In this document: positions 52,352 through 64,000 of the stretch, in pieces
How the letters are laid out: each line of letters begins with the position of its first letter
Numbering within the stretch: the first letter of the stretch is position 1
Assembly: GCA_964234715.1 (NCBI GenBank)
Contig: OZ174277.1
Length of the DNA: 64,000 nucleotides
Direction: 5' to 3' (one strand)
DNA from: Podarcis melisellensis
Lineage: Eukaryota
Position numbers and translations under genes: made by a program
The notes under the pieces: model-generated
What the model was told of the DNA's origin: nothing
What the model saw: the letters and a program-made list of their open reading frames with translations, nothing else
Databases searched by the model: none

Positions 52352-53418
52352 TAGTAGTTCCAAATCCTACATGGTTTGTGCCATGCTGGATAGCTCAGTT
52401 GGTTGGAGAGTGGTGCTGTTCATACATTTGCAAGACCAAGTCAGCATGTACAACACAATGGGAAGAGAATCAAGTGTTAATTTCAATATGCAAATAGCGG
52501 TCAGGCAAACTGAGTACAAGTCTCATCCTTGAAGGATTAAAACTCCAGTGTTGAATTTTGATTCATTATTGTCTCTGTGGAATGTTCTTAAAATCCCTGA
52601 GTTTGCAAGAAAAAAATGCAGTTCACTGAACATGGTCTATTAGCAGTCTGATTTTATTCAACACCATGTGCCAGATAAATGGTGTCATAGAAGCCCCCGC
52701 AAGTTAAGCAATCTGCTCCAATTATTTATTGAGACTCATTTAAACAAAATCACAACTTCAGAATATGACTTGCATTTGGTGGCATTTTACATGACAGCTG
52801 ATTTACAAACACAGCTGCTCAACCAAACTTAAAATATAGGCATTTGGACGTCATGTTAATCTTTGGCTGTTGCTCTGGGCTGTTTACTACGAGGCAGCCA
52901 TTAATCATGGATAATGATTGATTTCCCAGAGGCTAATGCCTGAATGCACTCCCTTAAAATTGTGAAATATTTATCTCCCCAAACACATCCTGCTGCCAAT
53001 GGCAATCCAGTCCTTCGTACGTTTGTTGATCAAATAATTTGAAAGTGTATTATGGGATCCCCATCTTGCTTATGAAAAATTGCTGTAAACTTCCTTGATG
53101 CCGTGTGATAGGGCAAGTTATGAATGGCGAATTTATCAGAGGTTGTTCCAGGATAGATGTGCATGTGCCTTGAGTCCTGAGTTCCCCACAAATATCTACA
53201 TCAGCGCTGGGGAACCTGTGGCCCACAACCCCCACAATCTGTGACTATTGGCCATGCTGGCTGGGGTGATGGGGATTGAAGTCCAGTCACATCTTATGGA
53301 CCACTAATTCCCCACCGCTGACCTTGGATAGTTCTCTTCCCTAATGGTTAAGTATATGAAGAGGTGTCATGGTTGGGTTAAGGGGGGTTGTTGTCTATTT
53401 GAGTTATGTAGACTCAGA

Positions 53419-53580
53419 CTCTGGGGATGACAGAGGATGAGATGGTTGGATAGTGTTCTCGAAGCTACCAGCATGAGTTTGACCAAACTGCGGGAGTCAG
53501 TGGAAGACAGGAGTGCCTGGTGTGCTCTGGTCCACAGGGTCACAAAGAGTTGGACACGACTAAATGACTAAACAACAACA
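53419..53580 (+). mobile_element. BovB (RTE) LINE 3' end
   Basis: gacagaggatgagatggttgga...gggtcacaaagagttggacacgact with a (CAA)n tail and TSD AGACTCAGA (53410-53418, 53581-53589). Confidence 0.9.
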
Positions 53581-55019
53581 AGACTCAGAAGGTTATTGAG
53601 AAAATAATCACCACTTGTTTGTTGCCAAGTTAGAATGAATGGGCTTCAACATATCCTTTTCTTATGATTAACTTTCCTTCTTTTTTTTGTAAACTACTTT
53701 GAGGTTTTGTTGTAACCAAGTGTGAAACAATTAAATAATATTTTTTAAAAAAAATATTCTAAAAAGAACCACGAATAACATTTGGTTATGAACAATAGTC
53801 AGGTGAATAATGTGTATATTTAGAAATTTTCTTTTGATTCCGTTGTAGCAATGTATATCTAACAATCTGTTAGATATATAAACAAAGAGGGATGGAAAGG
53901 GTTATTTTTTTGTCCACTGAAGAAGAATGGTTCTTAAGCAAAGTCATTAAGGATTGTTTTATCCCCTGATTGCTAAGCAAATCAATACAGTTTCTGGGAA
54001 GCAACTGGAGTAGACATTTTATCAGCTGTGTGTGTATGCAAGAATACATGTCACCATGAAAGCAGAAGACCATTTATAACTATGCTTAGAATTTTAGCCT
54101 TCTAGCCAGCATCCTAAAATCAATTGAATTTTTCAGAATTTATGGCCCTATAATGAATGAAATCAGGAAACGGTTCCCATAAGGACACAAGAAGAGCTTG
54201 CTAGGACTAAGCCAGTGGCCCATCTAATCCATCATCCTGTTCTCACAGTGCCTGTGGGAAACCCCCTAAGCAGGACTTGAGCACAAGAGCACACTCATTG
54301 CGGTCTCTGAGTGTGGACATATGAAGCAAAAGGTGGGTAATCTGTAGCCCTGGGCTGCATTCTGCCCTCTGCCTAATTTCAAAAGCCCTCTGCAAGCTAT
54401 CAGTTCAGATGTGCAGGAAAGGGAGATGGGGGGGGGCTTGACTCCCGCACTAACCCCCTCCCCAAGATTACACCCAACAGCAGAAGTGTTGCTCATTCTT
54501 GGTATAAAGTCTATTCTCCCGGGAACAATAGTACATGAGCTTTCAGAAAAATCTAAATGAAAGCTATCCTAGTGCATCTGTCAGTGTTTTAATTCAGTGC
54601 CTTAGATCTGTGAGATGCTGCCGAATGTTGTCACTGAGTTACTCTGGCATCCTTGCACTGAAGCTCACCATTGAAACTCTCCTGTCTCTGACTGATGGTT
54701 TGTGTTTGTGCAAGGGGATGATCATGTCTCGCAACAGGCGGACTTAGCTCAGCAGGGAAACATTCAACCACAGAACAAAGGAAGGGATGGCACAAGTTTG
54801 GTTTTGCCACCCAAAGTGCCTTGAGGATGCCCCCTTACCAGAGCAGACGATGTACTTTTGAGTTACAAAGGGTGCAGCATCACTTCCTGTATTCATGTCC
54901 AGTTCCAAGCAAGTTTAGGAAGTGCTGTATGCACAACATTAGCCACAAATCTAATACTGCCCTGTATCTGTCCTGGTTTCCCCCTCTTACTTATGTATTT
55001 TTTGAATACCTACCTTGCC

Positions 55020-55330
55020 TTTCATCTGAGATTCATGTGCTCGAACCATCTTGCCCTGGTGATCAACCTGGCCACTGAACTCTGCGCCAGTTGACGTTTC
55101 AAAACCATCTTCAGAGGCAGCCCTATGTATAATGTGCTGCAGTAGTCCAACCGAGATGTTACCTGAGCATAGACAACAAAACTTAGGTTATTCCTGTCCA
55201 GATAGGGGTGCAGCTGGACCACCGGCCAAAGCTAATGGAAGGCACTCTGTGCCACTGAGGCCACCTGAGCCTCGATCAACAGCAGTGGATCCAGAATTAC
55301 CACAAGCTATGTGCCTGCTTCTTCAGAGGA
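55020..55330 (-). mobile_element. Old L2 LINE fragment
   Basis: Peptide VTSRLDYCSTLYIGLPLK...VARLIT is typical of the L2 ORF2 C-terminus. Confidence 0.75.
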
Positions 55331-56119
55331 AATGTTACCCCATCAAGAGAAACACGATGTTTCAATGCATCCCCTCTCCCATGAGCTTGAATGTGAAAAA
55401 GAGCAGCCTAGCTACTTTGTGGCAGGTCGTATACATGCAGCCTGAAATAACAGGAATGTGTGGAAGCTAATGTGCCAAGTAACACCCACAGAAATTGGAT
55501 TGGAATTACTCATTCTGCCTGGAAATGCCCTAGCAAGGCATCACCATACTTCATTTGAAGTTCAAAAGCTCCTCCTGCGTGCTTCTGCAAATGCCAGTCT
55601 CTAGGAACTAGCGAGGGCGCTGTTTTTCCAACCTTTCGAGTTGTTTCCAGACAGTCCACGGCTGCCCCTCCACCACCAAATGCCAACCAACAGGTAGTCC
55701 AGCAGCTGAATACATAGGGATCTCTCTCTTGGTAAAGATCTATGAATCAGTGTAGACTGAATCCCACTTACTTATCGTGGTGTATTCTTGATATCCTTCA
55801 AAGAAACGTTTTTGAACGCTCAGATCTTTGCTCAGCTGGGATTCATTAAATTGCTATCATGTTTGTACTGAGTTTCTGGGTTGTCTGCTTCCACTTTTAT
55901 TTTAGTTTGGACTCTGGGGACATCAGCCAAGGGAAGCATTTGCGTAGTACTAGAAAGTTTAATGTACCAAGTATAATTGTATGCTGGAGCTGTTGGTTTG
56001 CTGATATTTTCCTCTGATGTAAAGTGGCTTTGCAGTGATGCTGTTTTAAAAGAAATGCCTCATTACTTTTGAAAGACATTTGGTTATACTGGACCTGATT
56101 TGTTCACTCACAGTTCCTA

Positions 56120-56532
56120 TTAGGATGGCGTTGTGCAGAGTTGTTAAGGCAGCAGAGAACATTGTTGGCTGCCCACTCTCCACCTTAGAGCAGATTTATG
56201 CCACAAGGTGCCATAGGAAGGCACTGGACATAGTAAAAGATCCATCGCATCCTGGTCACTGTCTCTTTGAGCTCCTGCCGTCGGGACGGAGATACAGGAC
56301 GATGAAGACAAGAACGAGCCGTCTCAAGAACAGCTTCTTCTCCAGAGCGATCTCGGCCCTGAATGGGAAACCTGGACTTTGAAAGTCATCTAATCTTCCT
56401 TGCTGTATTATATTATATTGTTTTAATTAGTGTTTTTATAGTTGTTCTGATTTTGAGTGGAGTGCCCTATCTGGGTGGATGGAGCAGCCAAGTAATTTCG
56501 TTGTCCCTGAGAGGGGGCAATGACAATAAAGA

Positions 56533-56575
<43 letters not shown>
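56120..56575 (+). mobile_element. Rex1/Babar-type LINE 3' end
   Basis: ORF2 C-terminus DPSHPGHCLFELLPSGRRYRTMKTRTSRLKNSFF followed by caatgacaataaag and an (ATT)n tail. Confidence 0.85.
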
Positions 56576-56576
<1 letters not shown>

Positions 56577-56902
56577 TATCTGATTACAGTTCTGTATTGT
56601 TAGTTTGTAATATATTTCAGCTGTTCGATACCTATTACCAAAGAAGTCTGAAGATGACTTGCAATGCAAAAATGCTTGGTATTACAAAAGATCCAAAAGA
56701 ATTATAAACATCAAGAAGCACTAAACATGTTCATACGCCAATTCTAAAAGCAACAGTGATCTAACTTCGCTCCAGCCACATACACACAATCATGTTCACC
56801 AAGAAATAAACCCCCTAAAGTACCTGCAAAGTTTGCAAGCAGCCCATCAGTCACATTAGAATGATAGAAAAGAGTATTCTTTGCATATCTCTACCTCTTA
56901 TA

Positions 56903-57115
56903 CAGTGGTACCTCTGGTTACGAACACTTCTGGTTACGAGCTCCACTAACCCGGAAGTAGTTGCTCCCAGTTGCAAACTTTGCCCTGGGATGTGAGCGGA
57001 AATCGCACGCCAGGGGCACGCACGCAGCGGGAGGTGCCATTAGCAAAAGTGCGCCTCAGGATAAGAATGGTTTCAACTTAAGAACAAATTAAGTTTGTAA
57101 CCAAAGGTACCACTG
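56903..57115. mobile_element. Tc1/mariner MITE, same family as 1431-1672
   Basis: TA-CAGTGGTACCTCTGGTTAC ... GTAACCAAAGGTACCACTG-TA. The internal sequence aligns by eye with the 1431 copy. Confidence 0.85.
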
Positions 57116-59297
57116 TAATAGTTCTGTGTAAAGGAATTAGGTAGATTTTGAGTGCAAAAGATGGGAAGTCCTAAGGTGTGGTGGATGGATGCATTCTGAC
57201 AATTCAATAGGAGCGTTTTAAATTGCATTGAATACCCAGACAAAAGTTTGCTTTTGCTTTCAATCTCCCATGCCGGGATCATGATCACCAACTTATCTTA
57301 GTATCTTCAGTAATTTATGTAATCTGTTTGCACCTCAGAATTTCAGTTGCAGGTACAAATTATTTTACACCATCTAGATGCCTACTATTAAACATGTAAA
57401 TGTCAGACAAATCACCTTATGTACTAGGCACCTATGATACACAAACAAGGAAAATCTCTTCCAGACTGGCGTTCCCGCTTTTTCTCTTTTGCTGCCTCCA
57501 TGAATGACCTGTAGTGGAGCCAGCAGGAAATTGAACTGGCAAAAGAATTGCCCACTAGGTGTTCTCTCTTGTAGTTTGACTTTCATTCTCCTGTAGTAGA
57601 GGAAAGGAACCTGTGTGGATTGTCACCAACTACCTTTCCACTGGCAGGAAGCCAAATTTGTCGCAGCTACTGCAAATAATTTACTGTAAGGAAAGTGAGT
57701 GCATGTCCTTGTATTCTGATACGATCTTTATCATTTACAGTACTATTTTGGTGGAAATCGTAAAGAATCTATGAGAAGGTAGCTTGAAAGCTGTGGAGCT
57801 AGAGAAGTTCATTCCTAAGAACAATAGCATTTTAATGCCCCCCTGTGCTTCCGGTGTTGCCATCTGCTTGCAATGGAAGAGACAGAGGAATCATAAATTA
57901 ATAACTGAGAGATTAACAAAACAATAAGGAACGATGAATTATGTGTATAGTTGTAATGAATCCCCATGCTCAGTGTGGTTCTAAAAATAACAGAAATGAT
58001 CACTTTCAGGTTTTTGAAAGTCTGTGTTTTAAAAACAATACTGTGCACTCAAAATTTGATCAAGTATCAAATTAACGAACATATAGGGATTTAATCTGTA
58101 AAATATACATTTGCTCCTTCTTAAGGTCATTGAAATCAAGAAGGCGTTTCAACAACATGTCAAACATCGAGCAGCTGAAGTCATTAAACTTGACAGATTT
58201 ACAGTATAATCCTAAAATTGAAATCCCTTGCCCTCTTACTTGGGAGTAAGGCCTACTAAACTTGGTCAAATATACAATCTTGTCTTTTAAATGACTGTAA
58301 CTTATATCAGAGCATCAGAGTTCCACAGAGCAAACTGTAACACTCCTCCTTTCTGTGTTTTCACATCTTTCAGACACTGACCCTTTAGCATGTGTTTCAT
58401 ACCTAAAATTTGATTCAGCACCCCTGTCCTGAGACGGGCCCCAGGTGGCTGCCTAGAACAGCTTCTTTTGTCAGAAGCACTTTTGCTGCAGCAGCAAAAT
58501 AATATTGCTCTCTCCTCCCAGCACTAATTCAGTACACAGAACATGAGGAGTATGATGAAAGGATAGAGGGTTGAGCAGGTGCTATAGGGGGTCAAAGGAG
58601 GAGCAGGCAGTAGAAGAGCAAAGATGAAGAGCTCGCTGTGCCCTTGTCCCCAAGGTGACAGGTGGTGAACAACTAATAAACTATTTTGATTTGAACAGCG
58701 TGCAAATGAGGGCATGTAGAATGTGGAAATATTTAATGTTAAGTGTCTGATCCTCACAACCCCCCGTCACCCTAGAGAGAAATGAATCTTCTTGTTAGAC
58801 CTTTAAATGCTATCTGTCTTGATGTCGTACATCAGTCTCATATGCTTCGACTCTCTGTAAATTTTCTTGTACTTGTCCATAGTAAATCACTCTCCCTGGT
58901 CCCCCCCCCCGCCCCCCAGTTCTGCTATTTGGGGTTGCCTTGTTAAATATTAGTGTGAGTTGCTAGCATTGTTTTTCAGGGTTCAATTTCTTCCCTGGGG
59001 TCTCTGAAGTTAAATCCTGGAGTGGTAAATGAAGGCTTCTTGTTTGGTCATATGCACCCATGTCAGTCATATACAAGCAGCCTCCAAAGGATCATAGGAT
59101 TGCACCCAAGCCCTTCCCCCTCTCTGATGCTCACACCACTCTCAGATTCCCCATTATAGCAGCAGAAAACTCTGAGAATATTGATGCCATAAAAACGTAA
59201 GAGCAGCCTTGCTGGTCCAGGCCAAAGGCTCATCTGTTACAGCATCCTGTTCTCACAGTGACCAACCAGATGTCTACAGGAAGCAGGACCAGAGTGG

Positions 59298-59382
59298 TGT
59301 TGTTGTTTAGTCATTTAGTCATGTCCGACTCTTCGTGACCCCATGGACCAGAGCACGCCAGGCACTCCTGTCGTGACCCCAT
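59298..59382 (-). mobile_element. BovB 3' end fragment inserted in an older CR1/L3-like 3' fragment
   Basis: tgttgttgtttagtcatttagtcatgtccgactc is the reverse of the BovB tail. It has an internal duplication and flanking GGACCAGAGT repeats. Confidence 0.8.
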
Positions 59383-59610
59383 GGACCAGAGTACAGCAGG
59401 ACTATTTCCACTTAACATTCCCCAAAACAGTGGAGACAGAACATGTCCCACTAGCAGTGTTCTGCCAACTGAGGTGATGGAAACTGGAGATTCAATTGGA
59501 GATTCAACTGGAGAAGTGATTCAGTTAAACACGTAAAATCGTACAGGGAAATCCGGCAGGGAAAGGTGGGACTCCACAGTGCCATCTGGTGTCATGTGTT
59601 ATATCACATA

Positions 59611-59652
59611 TAAAGGTAAAGGGACCCCTGACCATTAGGTCTAGTCGTGACC
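59611..59652 (-). mobile_element. Sauria SINE 3'-end fragment
   Basis: taaaggtaaagggacccctgaccattaggtc matches the tail of the 51648 copy. Confidence 0.75.
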
Positions 59653-62224
59653 AACAGTGTATATAAAATGCTTTTTCTTTACCAGTCTAGCTGAGTCCCC
59701 ACACGCCCATAGAATCAGCCTAACACTATGCCAGACTGACATAGTATCTCCCCCTTCCCCACACCATCCTTAAGATAGCATTGTTTTGCCCATACCTTTT
59801 AAAATGATAATAAATATCCCCAAATAAATCCTGTAATGTAGTATAAAGTTAGAGAATCAATGAAGCACAATGAAATACAAATTGCATTTGTCTTAAATTG
59901 CATGCATACATTGCAGAACAAATACATTTTAAATAGCCAAAAATATAAAATAAGTTTCCCATAAAATTTCACAGGTAGAGGCAATAAGTAAAGAGCTTGC
60001 AATGGGCAAAGGAACCAATCTGAGGTCATTGAAGGGCTACAGAGGTTATTAGCATTCAGTAATCATCTCTGCATTTTGTAGGCTGATGTTTTTTGCAAAT
60101 GTCAAGGACCTGTTAAGAGAAGGTAATCGAACCCATTCTTCAAAAGCAATGCAGCAGAGACCTTTTTCTACAGCACTTTTACTCTTAAGTAAAGGATAAA
60201 GAGGCCTGGCTTAATGGGCCTGCCTAATGTCGCTTCAAACAGAATGCATTGGCTATATAGGGGTGCATCTTATGCCTCTAAATGAGGATAAGTATTCCAC
60301 ATCAACTGAGGCATATTTTGCAGAAGAATGTCAGTTATCCTCCTGCAAATTATTCCAATCCTTTAAAGAATGCAGAAAAACCACATCTCCATTTTTTGCA
60401 CAGACATAGCGGCTCAAGTGAGGACCAAACTAGATATGATGTCAACATGAATTATTGTATTTATTTCAAAAAAGATAAATCTTTTAGTGATGATTTTATT
60501 GTATTATGTCATTATTTAAAACATACAGAAAGTTAAAACCACAATAGAATAGACTTAAACAAATTAAAACTGTTTTTTATTATATAAATAACAGCCACAG
60601 AGATGCCTGGTTAGACTTGAGTTGGTAGGGGGAGAAAGTTTAATTTCGGTCATTTCCAGATGACTTTTTTAATGGTGCATTCATCCTGACTGTTTAGATT
60701 GACATTGCCTCAGGCAACTGTTATCCCTCACTTTCCAGTGTGTTTTCCCACCACTTTCCTTACTGCAAAAACGTCAGGTTTGGGGAAGGAAGCGAGTTTG
60801 TTGCGCAAGACCACCAAATCGACTTTAATTGTGCAACCTAGATTAGCTGCTACACTGTCAAACCCATCCCCAAATACCCACCCAATCTCAACGCGCCCTC
60901 CCTGTCCATGCCAGACGAAAAATTCAAGGGGAAGGAAGCCCAGGTACTGCAGCAAGTATCAGAGCATATCTCATATGCCCTTGGAATACAAATTGAGAAG
61001 ACCTGGATATGGGTTAATTTGATGCTAACCAAATTAAGAGAAAAGAAGAAATGGTGCTTATTGCAATGGTTCTTTTAAAAACAACAACATTGAATTGATT
61101 TGTTTGCATTCTTCAATAACCCGAGATTGCATGTCCTTCTGGTCTTAGAACTGTCTCTAATTGGCCACCAAGTAAGAGCAACCACTGCTGCCACCATCAC
61201 TTGTGATCCAGCTTGGCACCCTTGCTGACCAAGGGGCAAGAAGTGTCTGTGCCTGCGTAAAAGCGTTCTCCTTTGTTCAGCCCAGCTGTCATTTACATTA
61301 GAAAAGTGCTGAAGCATAGTTAAAGGGCAAGAAAAAGGATGGGGAAGTGTTCCCTTCCATTACCTATTCTGGTCTTTAGAGAGAAGACATCTGTCTCAAG
61401 GGCAGTTAGCTTGGCTCTGTTCGTAATGCAATAAATTCTTGACAATGTCTCCTCCATAACTTACTCAGATTAATAAATAAAGACTATCCTGATTAAGCCA
61501 TCCTTTCTCTTTCCTGGACATTTCCCCTTTGCTTGATATAATCCAGCACAGAGTAATGTGCGGCTAAGACCATCCATTTAATGAGTTCCCTTGTGCTTAA
61601 CTTTCTTCTTTCTCTATTATTCCTTCCTCTTTCATGATCTTTTCTGCGATATCTGTTTCATGTACTTTTCTTTACTTAAATATGGCTAGGTGTTTCACTG
61701 CAACACATCGTTTTAATCTCCATTAATTTTTCCCAACTCTAATAATCACATTGTTTACAAAGGGCAATGCAGGGCCTGACAGAGTGTCCTCTTTTCAACA
61801 GATTAGACATGAATCCAGGAACAGAGACATTTTTCTCTTAGAAACCAACCAACCAGGTAGCCCTGCATTTGGTATGCTGCTGTTTTGGATAATTTTGGAT
61901 CGTTGATTCTAAATTGTTGGTTGGGATTTCTTTATGATACTAATTCCTGATGGATGGTACTGCAATTATATAATTGCAGTAATGGATGGAACAGAAGGCA
62001 GAAGCATTTACTTGACCTCCCAGCACCTGTTTACTGGGAGGGAAAGGAGGTAGGGAATTTGACATGGTGTAAACACACCAGCTGGAGCACTGGATTTGCA
62101 CCATGCCCACCTCTCCCTCCCAGTAAGTGACAGTGATTCAGATGTTGGGAGGTTAGCACCACTGTTGGCCTCATCCACTCAATCTGCCAGAGTCTGTATT
62201 CACATGCAGGGGAAGTCCCTAAGT

Positions 62225-62604
62225 CAGGGGTCGGCAACGTGTGGCCCATGGGCCAGATGGGGCCCACAAAGATGGTTTTACCAGCCCACGAGCCGCCCCC
62301 AAACCGAGCCACCTGCTTGGCGAGTCCCCCGTGCGCTGTGCTAAGCTGGTGTGGCGCCGGGACTCACCAAGCGGTACTGGAAATTGGTTCTGTGCATGTG
62401 CAGATACAGAAAATCGCGTCTGTGCATGTCCAGACAACAGAAGTCGGTTCTGCGCAGGCACAATTTTCGGTGTCTGGGCATGCACAGAAGCAATTTTTGG
62501 CGCCGCGGACATGCTCAGACGCGATTTCTGGTGTTGCGCTGTGCCTGTCTGGCCCACGGACGATCTCTGTGGGAGTGATCCAGCCCATGGCCGGCAAACC
62601 CCTG
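62225..62604. mobile_element. Non-autonomous hAT element, GC-rich, with internal TCTG(C/T)GCATG repeats
   Basis: CAGGGGT...ACCCCTG termini with 8-bp TSD CCCTAAGT (62217-62224, 62605-62612). Confidence 0.85.
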
Positions 62605-63065
62605 CCCTAAGTCATCCAGAGTTTGAGACCCATCCGCTACCCTCATCTGGTTTAGCCGGCCAGTCGAAGCCCTTCCCAGGGTGTGTCAGCTGTTGCATGC
62701 TGACAGCTTTCAGGAGCCATATGTGAGAACTGAGTGCAGGATGGGGAACCAAAGGGGGACAAACAACTCCAGAAAGAGCACGAACAACATGTCCCAAGCA
62801 GAGGTGGTACTATTCCCCAAAGAGTCCCCCACACCCTTGTAGCCACTAGCAGGTGGAATATAAGTCACAATAAAAAAATAATTTCTATCCAACAGACACT
62901 GCTAAATAGTTTTACCTGGATGATCTGTCTGTCACTTTGACTGGAGCATGGATAATCTGCTTCTCATAGAGCTGTTTAGAAAACAGAGGTTGCTTTCGAG
63001 TGGACCTGTCATTCATGTTCAGTTTGTTATTGAGCTGCTGAGAGAATATATTATGTTCTGAGTTT

Positions 63066-63067
<2 letters not shown>

Positions 63068-63100
<33 letters not shown>

Positions 63101-63161
63101 TTGTTTTATCCCACCCATCTGGCTGGGTTTCTCCAGCTACTCTGGGCAACTCGACTTCCAA

Positions 63162-63197
<36 letters not shown>

Positions 63198-63830
63198 GTG
63201 ATAAAACATCAGACATTAAAAACTTCCTTAAACTGGGCAGCCTTCAGATGTCTTCTAAAAGTCAGATAGCTGTTTATTTTCTTGACATCTGAGGGAGGGT
63301 GTTCCACTAGGTGGGCGCCACTACTGCTGAGAAGGCCCTCTGCCTGGTTCCCTGTAACCTCACTTCTTGCAGGGAGGGAGCCGCCAAAAGGCCCTTGGAG
63401 CTGGACCTCAGTGTCCGGGCAGAACCATAGCTGTCAACTTTCAGATTTGAAAATAAGGGATCAGCAGCATAGCTGTCAACTTTCGGAATTGAAAATAAGG
63501 GATCAGCAGCCTCACCTGTCCTGCAGACAGTCTACGGGATATCTAACAATCCGGGACAGCAGCGGGAACCAGTGGGAAACGGTGCTGAAATAAGGGAATT
63601 TTCTGCAAAAAAAGGGATGGTTGACAGCTATGGGCAGAACAATGGGGGTGGAGATGCTCCTTCAGGTATACTGGGCCAAGGCCGTTTAGGGCTTTAAAGG
63701 TCAATACCAACACTTTGAATTGTGCTTGGAAACGTACTGGGAGCCATTGTAGGTCTTTAAAGACCGGTGTTATATGGTCTCGGCGGCCACTCCCAGTCAG
63801 CACTCTAGCTGCTACATTCTGGTTTAGTTC
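63068..63830 (-). mobile_element. L2-clade LINE 3' fragment (same family as 17107), interrupted by a hAT MITE
   Basis: ORF 63543-63839 reads QNVAARVLTG...DHITPVFKDLQWLPVRFQAQFKVLVLTFKALNGLGP. It has an (AAT)n tail and aligns by eye with 17120-17600. Confidence 0.9.
63426..63632. mobile_element. hAT-type MITE (same family as 26189), with a duplicated left end, nested in an L2 element
   Basis: Same TIRs. 8-bp TSD GGCAGAAC (63418-63425, 63633-63640). Length 207 = 165 + 42 duplicated bases. Confidence 0.9.
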
Positions 63831-64000
63831 ATTTTTCATATAAAATGTACAGATGAGCTTCTTAATCTACAAATCAATCAGATTGCCGCCACCAAAAGAA
63901 ATAGGCCACTTCTGTGCAGAGGAAGTTTATTGGAGCACCTAACAAGGGGTTTCTTGGGAGTAATGGCCAGATCTCTAGAAAGGCTATAAAAAAAGGTAAA

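Noticed and set aside
52383-52420. tRNA-like sequence gctggatagctcagttggttggagagtggtgctg
   Set aside because: Only an A-box half is present, with no T-arm or acceptor stem. It is a SINE head fragment, not a tRNA gene.
62031-62726. Cluster of overlapping ORFs of up to 161 aa on both strands
   Set aside because: They coincide with a GC-rich hAT non-autonomous element that has TSDs. Stop-poor composition explains them, and there is no recognisable protein.
46400-64000. A second host gene downstream of CEP170
   Set aside because: I found no recognisable exons or CpG-island promoter. All protein-like ORFs there derive from LINEs.

Overview
This is AT-rich vertebrate genomic DNA. The repeat set (Sauria SINE, BovB, L2, CR1, Rex-Babar, Penelope) indicates a squamate, probably a lacertid lizard. 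The window holds the middle and 3' part of CEP170 (centrosomal protein 170) on the + strand: 12 coding exons from 5565 to the stop at 44420. Splice sites are GT-AG with consistent phases wherever they are visible. Two exons are interrupted by N-gaps, and the 3' UTR runs about 1.95 kb to a poly(A) signal near 46350. The FHA-domain exons lie upstream of the window. From about 46.4 kb onward the sequence is intergenic and transposon-rich, and I found no other host gene. The most notable items are: (1) an intronic Penelope-type insertion with a perfect 75-bp inverted repeat that carries an intact minimal hammerhead ribozyme on the antisense strand only; (2) an in-frame 186-nt exitron inside a CEP170 exon; (3) candidate extra micro/first exons; (4) assembly gaps that fall inside exons; (5) a solo LTR inserted in the loop of an older hairpin element; (6) a head-to-head Sauria SINE pair. 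All protein and repeat family identifications rest on recalled sequences, not database searches.
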